Source of the DNA: Azolla caroliniana
Taxonomy: Eukaryota; Plantae; Polypodiophyta
Assembly (NCBI GenBank): GCA_043228905.1
Contig: JBHGNT010000005.1
Coordinates: 682,001-746,000, forward strand
Direction of reading: 5' to 3'
Length of the DNA: 64,000 bases
The notes beneath the pieces are model-generated. The model made no database searches and was not told where the DNA came from. It saw only the letters and a program-made list of their open reading frames with translations. Shown here one piece after another: positions 23,604 through 36,500 of this stretch (position 1 is its first letter; each line of letters opens with the position of its first letter). A program made the position numbers and the translations under genes.

Positions 23604-26600
23604 AGACACTTCTAAGTAAAAATGTTACATCATGATAAAGATGTTTACATATGTATATGCAATTCCCTTTTTAACTACAAAACTAAACAATGCAATTGTG
23701 CGTTGTGTATTTGTGCTCCTGCAGACTTCATACAAGAATGTCTCCTTGTCTTTTGAAAACTATTTATTTTCAAGAAAACCACGAGACAAGCACATGTCTA
23801 TTGTTTTATTCTCTATCACCCATTTATAAAGTCATGGACCAATTCATGCTATTTTGTATTATATGTATGCATTGATTTTTATCATCAATGAGGTTTTGAG
23901 CAAAAGAGCCTTTGGAGTTCTCCACCCACATTATTGTTCATAAAACTGTGTTGGAAAAGATGATGTATTGAAATAGGTTTAAATCCTTAACTTTACACAC
24001 ATAGTTGAGAATATTTTACATATAGCATATTTTTCTCAATTCTCATAATTGACTAAACTAACCATAATGAGAAGCATGGAACTTTGCAACCTAAAAACTA
24101 TTAAAGCCTCTCCCTACTTAGGATTGATGTTGTATGTGCATATGTGAAAAGGAATATTGATACCAGCATACTTTTCCTTCCTTGTGACCATTGGCACCTT
24201 ATGATGACGTTCAACTTGGTTTTGAGAAACTTAACAAGGAAAATATCTCTATTTTTATTATAAGTGTGTACAAGGAGAACATCTCTTTTTTTGGACACAT
24301 TGTTTTGGGTAATCAAATTATTATTGTTATGCGTTTTAGCACAATTATTGTATATGAAGAACGACAATAATCACTAGGTGTAAACCCTAAAGTTGATTAA
24401 AACAAGAAGCAATGCATCATTTCTTGATTATGAATACCATCGCAAGACCCTAATACTGAAAAAGGTCCACATTAGTGTCAAATATATTACGTCAAGAGTA
24501 ACTCCTCCAACTCACTCCCATGATGAGAAAGTCTAAAGTGATGTAAGACTGAAAACCATACAAAGTTTAATGTACAGTGTAGACCATCATAACTATTCCT
24601 TGGACAATGAAACACCTCTTTGGCATAATCCAAAATTCAAATAGCAAGGAGGCCTACAAGTGGAATGATGCTATAATTTAATTGTTATATTTTAATCAAA
24701 TCATAAGTATTAAGGATAACCATCAATAGTATCCCAAATATATGAATTATGCATTAAATTTCACTAATCGTTTCACTGCAATTATGGAGTTCTATACTAT
24801 TTATCAAATCAAAATGTCACACAATAATTATTTGGTGATCTATAAGTTGTTTGCTAATCAGATCATCAAACGTCATTGTCTAAAGATGAAAATGATATAA
24901 TATTTACATAGACATATAGCAACTATACAACTAATATCTTAATATGAACTAACATCATCCCAAAACATGTTTCTAAAACCACTGGGGCAGCCATTAGTCC
25001 TTATTGTGCGCTATTGTAAAACCAAATAATTTGTAACTTCAGTTGTTCCAACAATATTGCAAGTAACAAAATTACGGTTTTGAAGAAATGACGAGTAAAT
25101 GCGACACAAATTACAAGGTAGACAGCATCCATTCTCTAAAACCAATCTGCAGCTATAATGATGTAGAACTTTGTATGGGCTTCATGTAAGATGATATGCT
25201 TTTTTATCTTCCAACATTTGTCTGATACAAGCCACCATATCATTACGTGATAATACAAACAAAACCTGACCTTTTTCCATATATATATATATATATCTAG
25301 TATATACGCGCTATTACTTTTTGAAAGGATCCTAAGGCTTGGAAGATATGGCCCTATAGCTCCATTTTGAGCTGCTTGAACAAGCAAGACAACATTATTG
25401 GACGACCTCTTCCACTCATGGTTCCATATCCAACTAGAAGATATGCACATCTTCACAAAGGCCATAAAAAAGGTAGACGAGAAGACAACAATAGGCTAGA
25501 ATTGTATACCATTGCTTCTACGAGAAGCCAAGCAAAAGGGTTTTTGGCAAAAGAGCAAAAGCAATGGTAAAGATGATTCTGGCTAGAAAATTTACCTTTA
25601 CAAATGTTTTATAGTTTGGAATTATTGTACAGGTATTATGTGGGTTGATAGTACTCAATAGTTTTTTTAGAATAACAACTTGGTTCCGTCATCCATAGGG
25701 AGGAGGTTGGCCTGTTTTGCGCTCCTGTTTTTTGACAATAACTAGTTAGTTCCACCATATCCATGGGGGAGAGGTTGGGCCGTCACACAAGACAAAACGA
25801 ATGGGAGGGAGGGTTTGAGTGTGTTAAATAATGGGAAAGGAAAAGGAAAAGGATCAAAAACACTTTTCAATAGCTTTTGTGTGAAGGTGGAAGAAATTTT
25901 CGAGATTATTTATACCTATTACCTTTTGAAGCACACACTACACGACAAAACCAAATGTCGACATTGTTAGGGTTAGGAATTGAGCTTTAAATTTCTGTAT
26001 AATCATTCAATCCCACCTCTCCACGTTCGATGCCCCTTTCCTTCTTCACCAAGTTTTGCCATTTCTTTTCTTTCTAGTCTGTTGGATTTCTAAAGCAGTC
26101 TGATGTTTCTCTATGTCGTCAAGCACCATCACTGCTCTTTTCCACAAAGCAAGACATTTTTTTAGTCACAGATGGTTTCAGGACAGCTTGTTCTACAGAA
26201 AAATGATATCAAAGCATTAATTTCTATTAAGACGTGATCAGACGCCTAAACATTCCCGCTACCGCAATCAAAATTAGTCAATAAGCAGTTGATGCCAGAT
26301 GGTCAGTTTGAACGTAAACAGATGAAAACAATTTCAAACGAAAATGTTTCCGGCAAGAATGATGATAATTGTCAGAGCATAATTAACACACTGAACGAGA
26401 TCTTCACGCTTTTTGCATTCACATTTTCACATTTCCATTGTATGAAGAGTCAATTTCAAAACGAGACAAAACAAGCTTATGATGTAGCAGCAACAATTTG
26501 GTGCTGGTTTAGATTATTTAAGAACCAAGACAAGAAATTTTCAAATTTCTGATACGTCCTATAGATACACACAATCAAATAAACAGTTAACATACTGACA

Positions 26601-27523
26601 TTCTTTTAGAACTCCCTACACCTGCAAAAATTGAAACGTCCAAAAAGTAATACTTCTTCAGCTATGATTCTCCAGACAACATGATAAGAGTTCAAATATA
26701 CTCCGACTATAGATTACTCACAACAAGAATAGGGACAAATGATATTTTCGTTTCTCTTTGAGACCGAATATAAATGAGTCATTTTCTCTGTGATTATTTA
26801 TGGAAAGCGAATAGGTCTGATTAGCCAAAAATACGTCCAGAATGGATCAGTATCTGTTAATTCCTGACATTAAACAAAATCGGCTATTTAGCATAACAGA
26901 GCGAATTATAAATGTCTACAAGTCATCACCTACTCCATAAACACAAACGTTTCAAGGAAAAAACAAAGGTAACCCAATTCTTAGCATATCCTTCTCTATG
27001 CTGAATTGCCATTGTTTCTGTTCTAGCCAGAAATTCAAGAAAAATAAAGGAAACCGTTGATTGTTAACACAAATCATTATGAAAACACATAAACGAAAAA
27101 GATGTTACCATTATTACAGCACATAAAAAAACGATGTTACCATTATCAAAGCACATCGCCACACTTACCTTCAAATTACAATAAGGCGGAGATTTTCCAC
27201 AAATTTATCTTTGAATAAATTTCCAAGATAATAAAAATTTGTAATGCAACCATGGTAGATAAATAATTGCCCTTCCACTATGAATCTTAATAGCCTTCAA
27301 CGCAAGGATTCGCGTTGGCTGTGGCTTCTCTAGCAGACCTACGGTTAATTGTTAACATTAAGCAAAAGATTGAATAAAACATTGACAGTCTGGCACATTT
27401 GCATTTCTGCTTGAGATAAGATCTTGCAGGAAAGTACAAATATTAGGGGTAAATCCCAAAAAATCATATTTCCTATCAATTCTCCACGGAAATAAATAAT
27501 TCAAGAGAAAAAAACATCTCATG

Positions 27524-28357
27524 TCATATTTTATTGACCTTCATGGCCTTAACAACAGGATTAGCTTTGGCTATGGCTTCTCTAGCAGCAGATTTATAAT
27601 CAAAAGGACAATCATGCTTAACTGAGTGTCTATGTGAGCCGCAGAAAATGTTACCACAACGACATTTAAATCCAAGAAGACCTGTCCTCTTTCTGCAAGA
27701 GAAACATCTGTTCACGGTTTGTCTGCGTGACGAGGATTGAGAAGCTATGGATTCTTCATTTGTAGAGAAAAGAGAAGCGATAAGACCTAGATCTGACTTG
27801 GACAGGTTTTCTTCTGACAAGGATTTGGTTTCCATCGAAGAATTAGAGGCAATATTAGAATCTATGCTTTCTATTTGAGATGGGATTAGAACTCTCTTCA
27901 TTTGTGATTCTGATGAAAACGGAGAAATTCCTACAATTTGATCTAGTTTTTCTCTCACGGAAGCCTCTTGGGAAGGAGATTTCAGAAGAGCAGTGACCGC
28001 TGAAGATGACTCGTGTGACTTGAAGAGTGAAACCATAACCGACTTTTCCACCCTTTTCTCAAATGAAGAAGACTGAGATATGGAAATGAGATTTTTCTCA
28101 GAAAGTGCAGAAGCCATGGATTTCTCGACCACAGACGATGAAACAGAAGCTATGGCTGACGATTGATCTGCAGATAAAGAAGACAAATTGCCTTTCTCTA
28201 AATTGTTCGAGGATAGCTCATGAAAACAGTTAGAGCAAAGATTCATGGTAGCTGCACAGCCGAAGAATCCACAGTTGTTGGCGCAGAGAACGAGACCATC
28301 TTGTTGCTGACATCCACTTCCGTCGGATGCATCAACGTTCCAACTCTCCTGCGCCAT
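27524..28357 (-). CDS. SAP: A20/AN1 zinc-finger stress-associated protein, 277 aa, single coding exon
   Basis: ATG at 28357 (MAQESW). A20 finger [24 protein letters not shown]1 finger [39 protein letters not shown]. Family-typical C-terminus [20 protein letters not shown]. Confidence 0.95.
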   Translation of the reverse strand: MAQESWNVDASDGSGCQQQDGLVLCANNCGFFGCAATMNLCSNCFHELSSNNLEKGNLSSLSADQSSAIASVSSSVVEKSMASALSEKNLISISQSSSFEKRVEKSVMVSLFKSHESSSAVTALLKSPSQEASVREKLDQIVGISPFSSESQMKRVLIPSQIESIDSNIASNSSMETKSLSEENLSKSDLGLIASLFSTNEESIASQSSSRRQTVNRCFSCRKRTGLLGFKCRCGNIFCGSHRHSVKHDCPFDYKSAAREAIAKANPVVKAMKVNKI

Positions 28358-31300
28358 AGTTAAAAACACGGGAGACAAAAAAAGACCAACAAAACACAGC
28401 AAAAAGAATGAAGATATTGAGACGAAACACACAGAAATCAGACCAAAAAACGCAGTAGGAGAAGAACTTGACTAGATTTATAGAGAGAACGGAAGGAGAC
28501 TACGAGATCTTAGGCTAAGACTCGGGAAATAGAAGGGACCTCCGAGGAAAATAGATACTGTGAACAAGGAGAAATCGATGTATATTCCACGAGTCTATAT
28601 ATAGAGAACTTAGATCCGTTCAAGAGAACGCATAAGGATTTCAACATAGACCTACAGATCTATGCAGGGGAAAGATGCAAAAGAGGGGAGAGAATATATA
28701 TGTGTAGATCTAAAAAGAAACGAACTGCAGTTTTACGAAGAAAAATATAGATCTAGGGATTTGCCAAGCCAAGGACTGACTGCTGAAGGAAAGAAGGCTA
28801 TGGAGATGGTGAAATTTACGAAGAAAATGATGATGAAGAGTTACTGTGGTGAAGAAGGCTGCGAAGAAGACGATAACGATGGTGGAGATGAAGCAGTTCA
28901 AGGTTAGGGTTACAGTTTTCTGATCAGGAAACGGAGAATGAAGATGGAAGATGGAGACCTGATCGAGGAAGAATATGCCTTCTTCTCAGGAGCAGGAGCA
29001 GGAGAAGAAGAAGGAGAAGAAGAAGAAGAAGAAGAAATGGATGCAGGAAGGAAGGAATGGTCTGAAGAACCGGAAGACGACACAGAAATGGAAGAAAGAG
29101 AGAAGGAACTCCTCTCTCTCTCTCTCTCTCAATCTCTCTCTCTTTCTTTTGGTTTCTCTGTGTATTAGTTTTTGTGTTTTTGACAGCTTTGTCGCATTTA
29201 CTCATCCGTTCTTTCTTTTGGTTTCACACTTATCCGCGCCCGTCTTCCCCCTCCTCCCCCAAAGGGCAGGGCCAGGCCAGGCCAACACACTCTTTCTCTT
29301 TCTCTTTCTCGTTCTGCCACCCATTCTATCCATGTAGCCTTTCTTTTTAACCATAACAATCCATTAAAATTAGCGTTTGTAGTGGGGAGGGGTGGGGAAC
29401 CATATGTGACACATCCATCCATCATTTTCATCCACTTCTTTTCACTCTTCCTCTGCTATGCTTACACGGTACACCCCAACCTCCACTCTCCGGCACGCGG
29501 AGGAGTGGAGTATATTTGGCAAGCTACCTCTGTGCCAAACGCTTCTCGTCGGTCACATGCAACATTACAACTCTATGTAATGCCTTTTACCTTTCTTGGG
29601 TTCCATGCCAAGCTTCCCTACTCTCCTTGAACGCTCGCACTTAGAAGACTCCTAGAAAGAAAACTGTAAGTACGATTTCAACAACCACAATCATACTTCA
29701 CACAACCATGGGCGCATTTGCAACAAATGTTGTATTTTCCATCCATGTCATCCTCAACACCTACAAATCTCCCTTTTGTGAACCCAAACCTTAGGTCAAG
29801 TGATTTTATAGATTAGGATGTTAGCAGTAATATGCAAGCAATAGCTTGCCACGGATTCACAATATCATCTCTTGCCACAGGGTACATAGAGGTATCTAAC
29901 AAAATATAGAGAAACATTTATGATTTATGGTACATTTGCATGGATACAATTCACAAATGGTTGCAACTATCAAAAAGTTTTAGTACACCATATATTTTGT
30001 GGCATGTTCACATAGTGTTTTCTACTTTCACCGAGTCAAGAACTTTTGGTGACTCGGAAACCACAATACCCAATTAAGGTAAACATTTATGCAGAAAACC
30101 CTTATATGTTCACTATCTCGTAACGGAAATTGTTGTGTTGGTCGAAGAGCACATGTAGCTACATCCCATGTTCAAGAATTTGATGACTTATTTCATATTC
30201 ACAAACATTTGGGGACTTTATCACAATAAATACAGCTTCGTGGGACCAAGATGGTTTAATTTTGTTAAAGGCAATGAGAACCTTACCATGAAACTTAAGC
30301 AAGCTATTTGGGTGTCGATTCATAAAAATGACAATGAGATATCTTATACCTGTAATTCTTTTCATCTTTCTATGATACATCATTATGAAAACCTTGTTGG
30401 TGCGACATTGGCCAAAGAACATAAGTTGTTGGTTGCGCATGCTGAAGAATATGGTAATTATTTAAATAATCATAACCTTTTTGGTAGTTGACAAGTCGAC
30501 ACATCTTTGGCAAATGTGGTGTACGTGAGATACCTACGATGGCTTGACTTAGTCAAAGACCATGTTATGCCACATCACATTACTAGTTGGTCAAGCTATT
30601 TTTGGATATAGATGGGGCTATTAGACATTTTACAAAGTACCTCTCATCTGTCAATAATTTATATGCATGCACATACTAGATTACTAGGTGTTACTAATAG
30701 GTCCATTGTCTATTGGCCAAGCTTTCACAACCACATTTTGAATGGTTGTGGTTTAAAAAAAGCCTCAAGTTTCAGTATTTTATAAAGGCTCAGCCACAAC
30801 TGCCTTTATCTTCATTATTCTAAACGCTACACCCATAAGGATAATTTCAACTTATATTTGTGCAACCCATGTGGATGGAAGACACATCTTTTTAGTATGA
30901 TGTCAAGGCTTGACTATGCACAATGGAGAGCTAACAACATATCATCTAATATATATACATATATGTGGTTCTTTATGAAATTTACTTTGCATTCTTCCCC
31001 CTTAATGACTATTCATTTCCCTCATCTTGAGCTTTAGTGTCAAATGCATGCACACACATAATCCCGAATTTAAAGTCAATATGATGTCACTAGAAAGGTA
31101 GATATCATGCAAACATTGTGTTTATCATTTTCCGTAGACAACATTTCTATAACTACCTTCTGAGTTCTAGCCCCATGAATTCATTGTGTTTCATTGCATT
31201 TCCACAAAATATACCTTTTTGTTTATTTTGATCAATATTGCATATGGGCACACACATTGCTCTTGTCTTGCATTGTAGTGACAAAGGGCACATCATTTTC

Positions 31301-33158
31301 AATTTCTACTTTTGTATTTTTCATCACTTCCGCGTGTAATAATTCTTCTTAAAAGAAAACAGCATGCCCCACCAAAACCAATTCAATTATTATATCACTC
31401 GATCCCGTCATTTTCATTTTTGCATGCAGGTTAACCCCAATTGATCACCACACGCTCAACTTTTCCTTTCTTTGATTAGATAAAGCTTCTTTAGTGCAGG
31501 AAATAGGTGTGATTCTCGTTCCAACATAGTGTTTTTACAAGGCAATCCCACTCCATAGTTGGAAATATGTCAATGTTGCAAACACATTTTGATCAAATCA
31601 GTAGTGCACATGATGCATATTAAAATAGTGATTAATGATGATATCAAAAAAACATACGAGCTTGAACCTGTAAGGCTATTGTTACGAAGCACACATTTTA
31701 ACAATACATGATTGTGTTTACATGTCCAAATTCTAGTATATCAGTTATATAATCTCTCAAATCTACATAGGCAATGATATATAGAGACATTCAAAGTCTC
31801 TTATATCATGTATGAAAGTAATGTTTTCATGATACGTTAGTGCATAATGCAATGATATACGAATTCTGCCTCCTTTTATGAGAGGATTGGACAAGCTTTA
31901 TGCATGAAACACAATCATTGAAATCCACCCTATCTCTAACCATGTCCAAAACGTCACTAAATAATCTGTGTGATCAATCATTGGATCCCTTGTTGTCCTA
32001 AATGAAAGGTCTAGGATGGGCATGGAAGGTCCCATATTCATACAAAGGATAACTGTATAATAATAGAGCGTTTTCCAAATAACATTAATCAAGTAATGTT
32101 AATAGAAGCTCATGGACAAATCTGAGCTTTAACTAATCGAGCCACACATGCAGAAATTGCCTTATGACTGCAGACATCCATATGCACAAGGCAACATACC
32201 TTGAACCTAGATAACTGGCCCTAGTTCAAGCCCGGTCAATGAACTAAGTTTACAACCACATGCTCACGTGAACTATATGGTTGGATCATTGCGCCTTCGT
32301 CGACAGCTGTAGAATGTGATGTACACAACCATGTAAGCATAAACTTACGTCCTATAATATCCATGACTACCATTTGTGAAACCAAGAACATTCTAACTAA
32401 TACTTTTCTACATCAATATTATTTTATCCGAATCTTAAGAGACTCTCAGCAGTCAGTGGTCTTATTCATATCTTCCATGTTGTAGAACCCTAATACTTTT
32501 CTTAACTAAAAATGAGTTAATGTATATAAGGAGTTTTCAATCTTTATGAAGGCCACATGTGACATCACTCAAATCTAGTAAGATACACTATGGACTGTGG
32601 ATGTGTGATGATCAAATCACAAGGGGTACTTTTGAATTACCCCTTATATGAGGCGAATATTTAAAAAGAAATTGCCATTCTTTCTTATCAAGTCATAGAT
32701 GGCATTTCCATAGTAAGTGTCAACAATTGATTACAATCCTCTGGATTAAAGTTAAAACATTATAATAAGATATAAAGATTATAAAAAAAGCAGAAATCTT
32801 GATTGCTCAGCATGTAATATGTTCATAACGGTCAAGATCTATGCTGATAAAGAAGTTTTTTTTTATGAATCGAAACTGACCTTTTTAGAGTACATGACAA
32901 CTATTATACATTAAATGCCAAGGTTCTACAATCGGCCTTTTCATTCTTCTGACATAGAACTGGCAAAGAAGGTTAAAACCATTATTTTCTATAAATCATA
33001 CCCACAAGATCTTGAAACTAAGACATATTTCATTTGTACTAGAGAGAGCCTCAGTTAAAATGGAAGGAAAAAACAAAAACTTGCAAAAATTTGCATCGCA
33101 TACCAGGGCACTAGTAGAATTGAGGAGACCTCATCAATCAGTTGACCTTATGCATATA

Positions 33159-33534
33159 TCAGGACTTGGAACCTGTTGCACCAATCATAGACTCTGCCTT
33201 TTTTTCTAGAAACTCGGATAGCATATCATCTATTTCATGAAATACCTCCTCTTTGGGTCGATTTCCATTGACCTGTTAAGTGTTTTTTCAGTAAATAAAC
33301 CTTCTTGTCTCTCATGGAGTAACCAAGGTGATAATTCATGGCATGACTTACACCCCTCACTCTCAATCATATTGGATCTCGATGTCTATACCTCGATAAA
33401 CCCCATTCTTTGTATCTAGCTTGAGGATTTGTGCTGGTTTTCTTTGATTTAGATATTAACAAGAAATTTGTATCATATCTGATTGTAACTTTTGGTTTCA
33501 TTGGTCATCTTGGCCTCTTTGCATACTTTAATGA

Positions 33535-33582
<48 letters not shown>

Positions 33583-36500
33583 GAGGTCATATTTGACCTC
33601 CGAAGATGATAATATAATCTATCTATCTATCTATCTATCTATCTCTACAGGTGGGTGCATCTGCTTGACTTCTGTGCAGCCCTTGGCATCCTTGAAAAAT
33701 AATGCACACCTATACAGTTCAAAGAATCATGAAGAATTTGTGGGGTTTAATACAATTGGAACACCCACTCTTATCTACGACTGCAAATTTGGGAACCAAC
33801 CAAGCTTTCATAAGGCACATTGGTCTTGTCTGCATATGAGACCCAAGTAGGACCACATGACACAATCCAGGTGACCTGGGAGCAGCCACTGTCCAGGCAC
33901 ATATAGCGTACATGCACATCTTTATTTACTACATGAAATTTGTTTTTCGATTATCCACACTTTCCATTGTTTGTCAAGAACCTTGTGTATTTAGTTTTTC
34001 CTCATTGCTGAGTCCTACCACGTTATTGTGGAGAAAAGATTATACCTTTAATTTTTTATAGATGGCTGTAAATAGGGGTATCGCTGTGCTCATTGTATCA
34101 GGAAAAATCTTAGCTCTCTCAATAGGATTTCATTTGTCTCTTTCTATGCTCTATTGTCCTTTGATAAGTTGATCTCTACTACCCTAATCTATGTTGATTT
34201 AATCTCTTTGCCAACTTTCACTATGTTAATGTGTATGAAATGGTTTCTTCTCCTACACTAATTTTTGTTAATCTCCTCTAAGGTATTCCTTGCTCCCTCT
34301 CCCTCTGCTGAGCCAATGCCTTTGATGAACAAATTTCAGCTTCCCTGATGCCTTGACTGCATTAAGCATAAATTAATCTGCGCTGCTGGTTAATCCTGCT
34401 GAAGTAAAGCTCTTACAATCCTCAATGGAGCATCTAAACACCATGCAATATAACAGGAAAATTAATGAAGCTATGAAGCTGAGGCTTGAAAAATATCTAA
34501 AAGAAGGGGTAGATATAAGGGGAGCCCAGGGAAGATACCAAAGAGAGAAAAGACAGGATGAGTTCACCTCCAAGCACAGTTGTTTAAAAACGTGTACTTC
34601 ATGTTTAGAATACGTTTTTGGAATACTTTGAAGTATTTAAGACATATTCTACATTTTAGAACTGCCTTTTCAAAATGTTCCACACATTTAACGCATTCTA
34701 AGTATTCTACATATTTAACTAGCATTTTACATTCCTTAAAAAATACATAAATAAATAAAATAATAATAATAATAGTTTGGCCAAAAAACAGTTTTTAGAT
34801 GTAATACAAATCAGAAATATTTAACATATTCTAATTTATTTATTTTTAAAGAGGTAGAATACATTTCAAATATCTAGCATACGTATTCTACACATATTGT
34901 GTGCTGGATATTTTATAGATATGCCTCCAATAGTGTTAGAGACCAGACAAGATATAAAATGTGCATGCTGAGTCAGATCAAACAAGGGGAAAGATGATGT
35001 GAAGAAAAATTATTTGCGAGGAGATAAATTGCACGAGGACAGACATAGAAATGGAAGATAAAATGCGCAGGGAGCAGGCGCAGGACAGGTAGAAAATAGA
35101 AATATATACCCTCTTGAAGAAAAGATTTACAAGAAGCTATGAAAAATGAAACAGTATAACTCAATAAAATTTGTTATGCTGGCATACCTCTAAAAGTATA
35201 AATGCAATAAAGGACTGTCAAACTCGTCTCAATTAAGCACACTACTAAAGAGCATCTAAAAACAGGGTAAGGAGATGGCGGAAAAATGTATCTTCATTAT
35301 AGAGACATTGCAATTATCAGCCACCAATAGCTAAAGATGCTGGGAAAGAAACAAAACAAAATGTCCTCAGATAGAGGTAATCAGAAAGCGATGAGATGAC
35401 ATGAATAAAAAACAAGGAAGTGATGAGATAAACATTAGAAGAAGAGCCAAAGACTGTAATGTCTAATTCTTTGTGACAAACCATGGATCCTGAAGAAAAC
35501 AAGGGCTGTGCAGTCACAATTCTATAGAAATGGGAATGACATGATGTGTTGTGCCTTGATGTCAATCCCAGGTTCTCCTGCTTGTATAACATCATGAATA
35601 CATTTACATGAATTTCCCTTCCAGGTAGCAATATATGTGCAAGAATTTGTGTTTTACATTATTCAAACCCAAGAGACCACTAGAATCTCCATCATAAAAA
35701 AAAGTCTAGTTCAATGGAGGTAAGATTAGAATTTGGATACCTTTCTTAAAATGTCCTTGTAACTCTTTATAACTGCATCGACATTCCGTGAGTGCGTTTG
35801 CAAACGTAGCTTTGCCTGTTTGAGCACCAACCACATCCATCGTCAGCTATATATTGTTTGGTTATACTGCCAAAAATTCCATGATTTGTAAACGTGTACT
35901 TATCACAAATCTCTAACAAACCTGATGCTCAGTGTCGTCAAAGCGTTGTGTTAGCCTTTCTTCAATTTCCTTACTCTCTGGACGTAAATATTTGAGATGA
36001 TAAATTTTCCCAGTTACTGGGTCAAGTCTTCGCCCAATAACCCTTTCAATGAGTATGTTATCTGGAACCTACAAGGCAATAACTCTATGTAACCAGCTAG
36101 AAATGCAACAATTTTTAGAATGACCATTCTCAAATTCCTTTCCACATTATTGCAGAGCAAGCCAACAATTAAGCTACACCTCAAATAAAGTGTGCCGTAA
36201 AAAGGAGTTTTGTAACTTTCGTTTTCCAATACTAAAGTAATAGAGAACAGATCTGGATTCTGAATTGTTAGGAAGAGACATCTACATTCAAAATAGCTGT
36301 AACTTTGACGGCCAGACAAGATACATCAGATATGGACGCAAGAAACTTACAAAATGTAAGAATTGTTTGGATGGATGAAGTACAATGCCATAGTGACCAG
36401 CCAATATATGAATAAAATAAGAACAATTTCTCAAAGAAAGTTAATGTTATTTAAGATGTATAATAGTACAGGTCTATGTATACATTTGCATTCCATTCTC

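Noticed and set aside
28358-29340. N-terminal extension of SAP and acidic or poly-Leu ORFs at 28662-29337
   Set aside because: Non-ATG start and (GAA)n/(CT)n leader sequence of the SAP gene.
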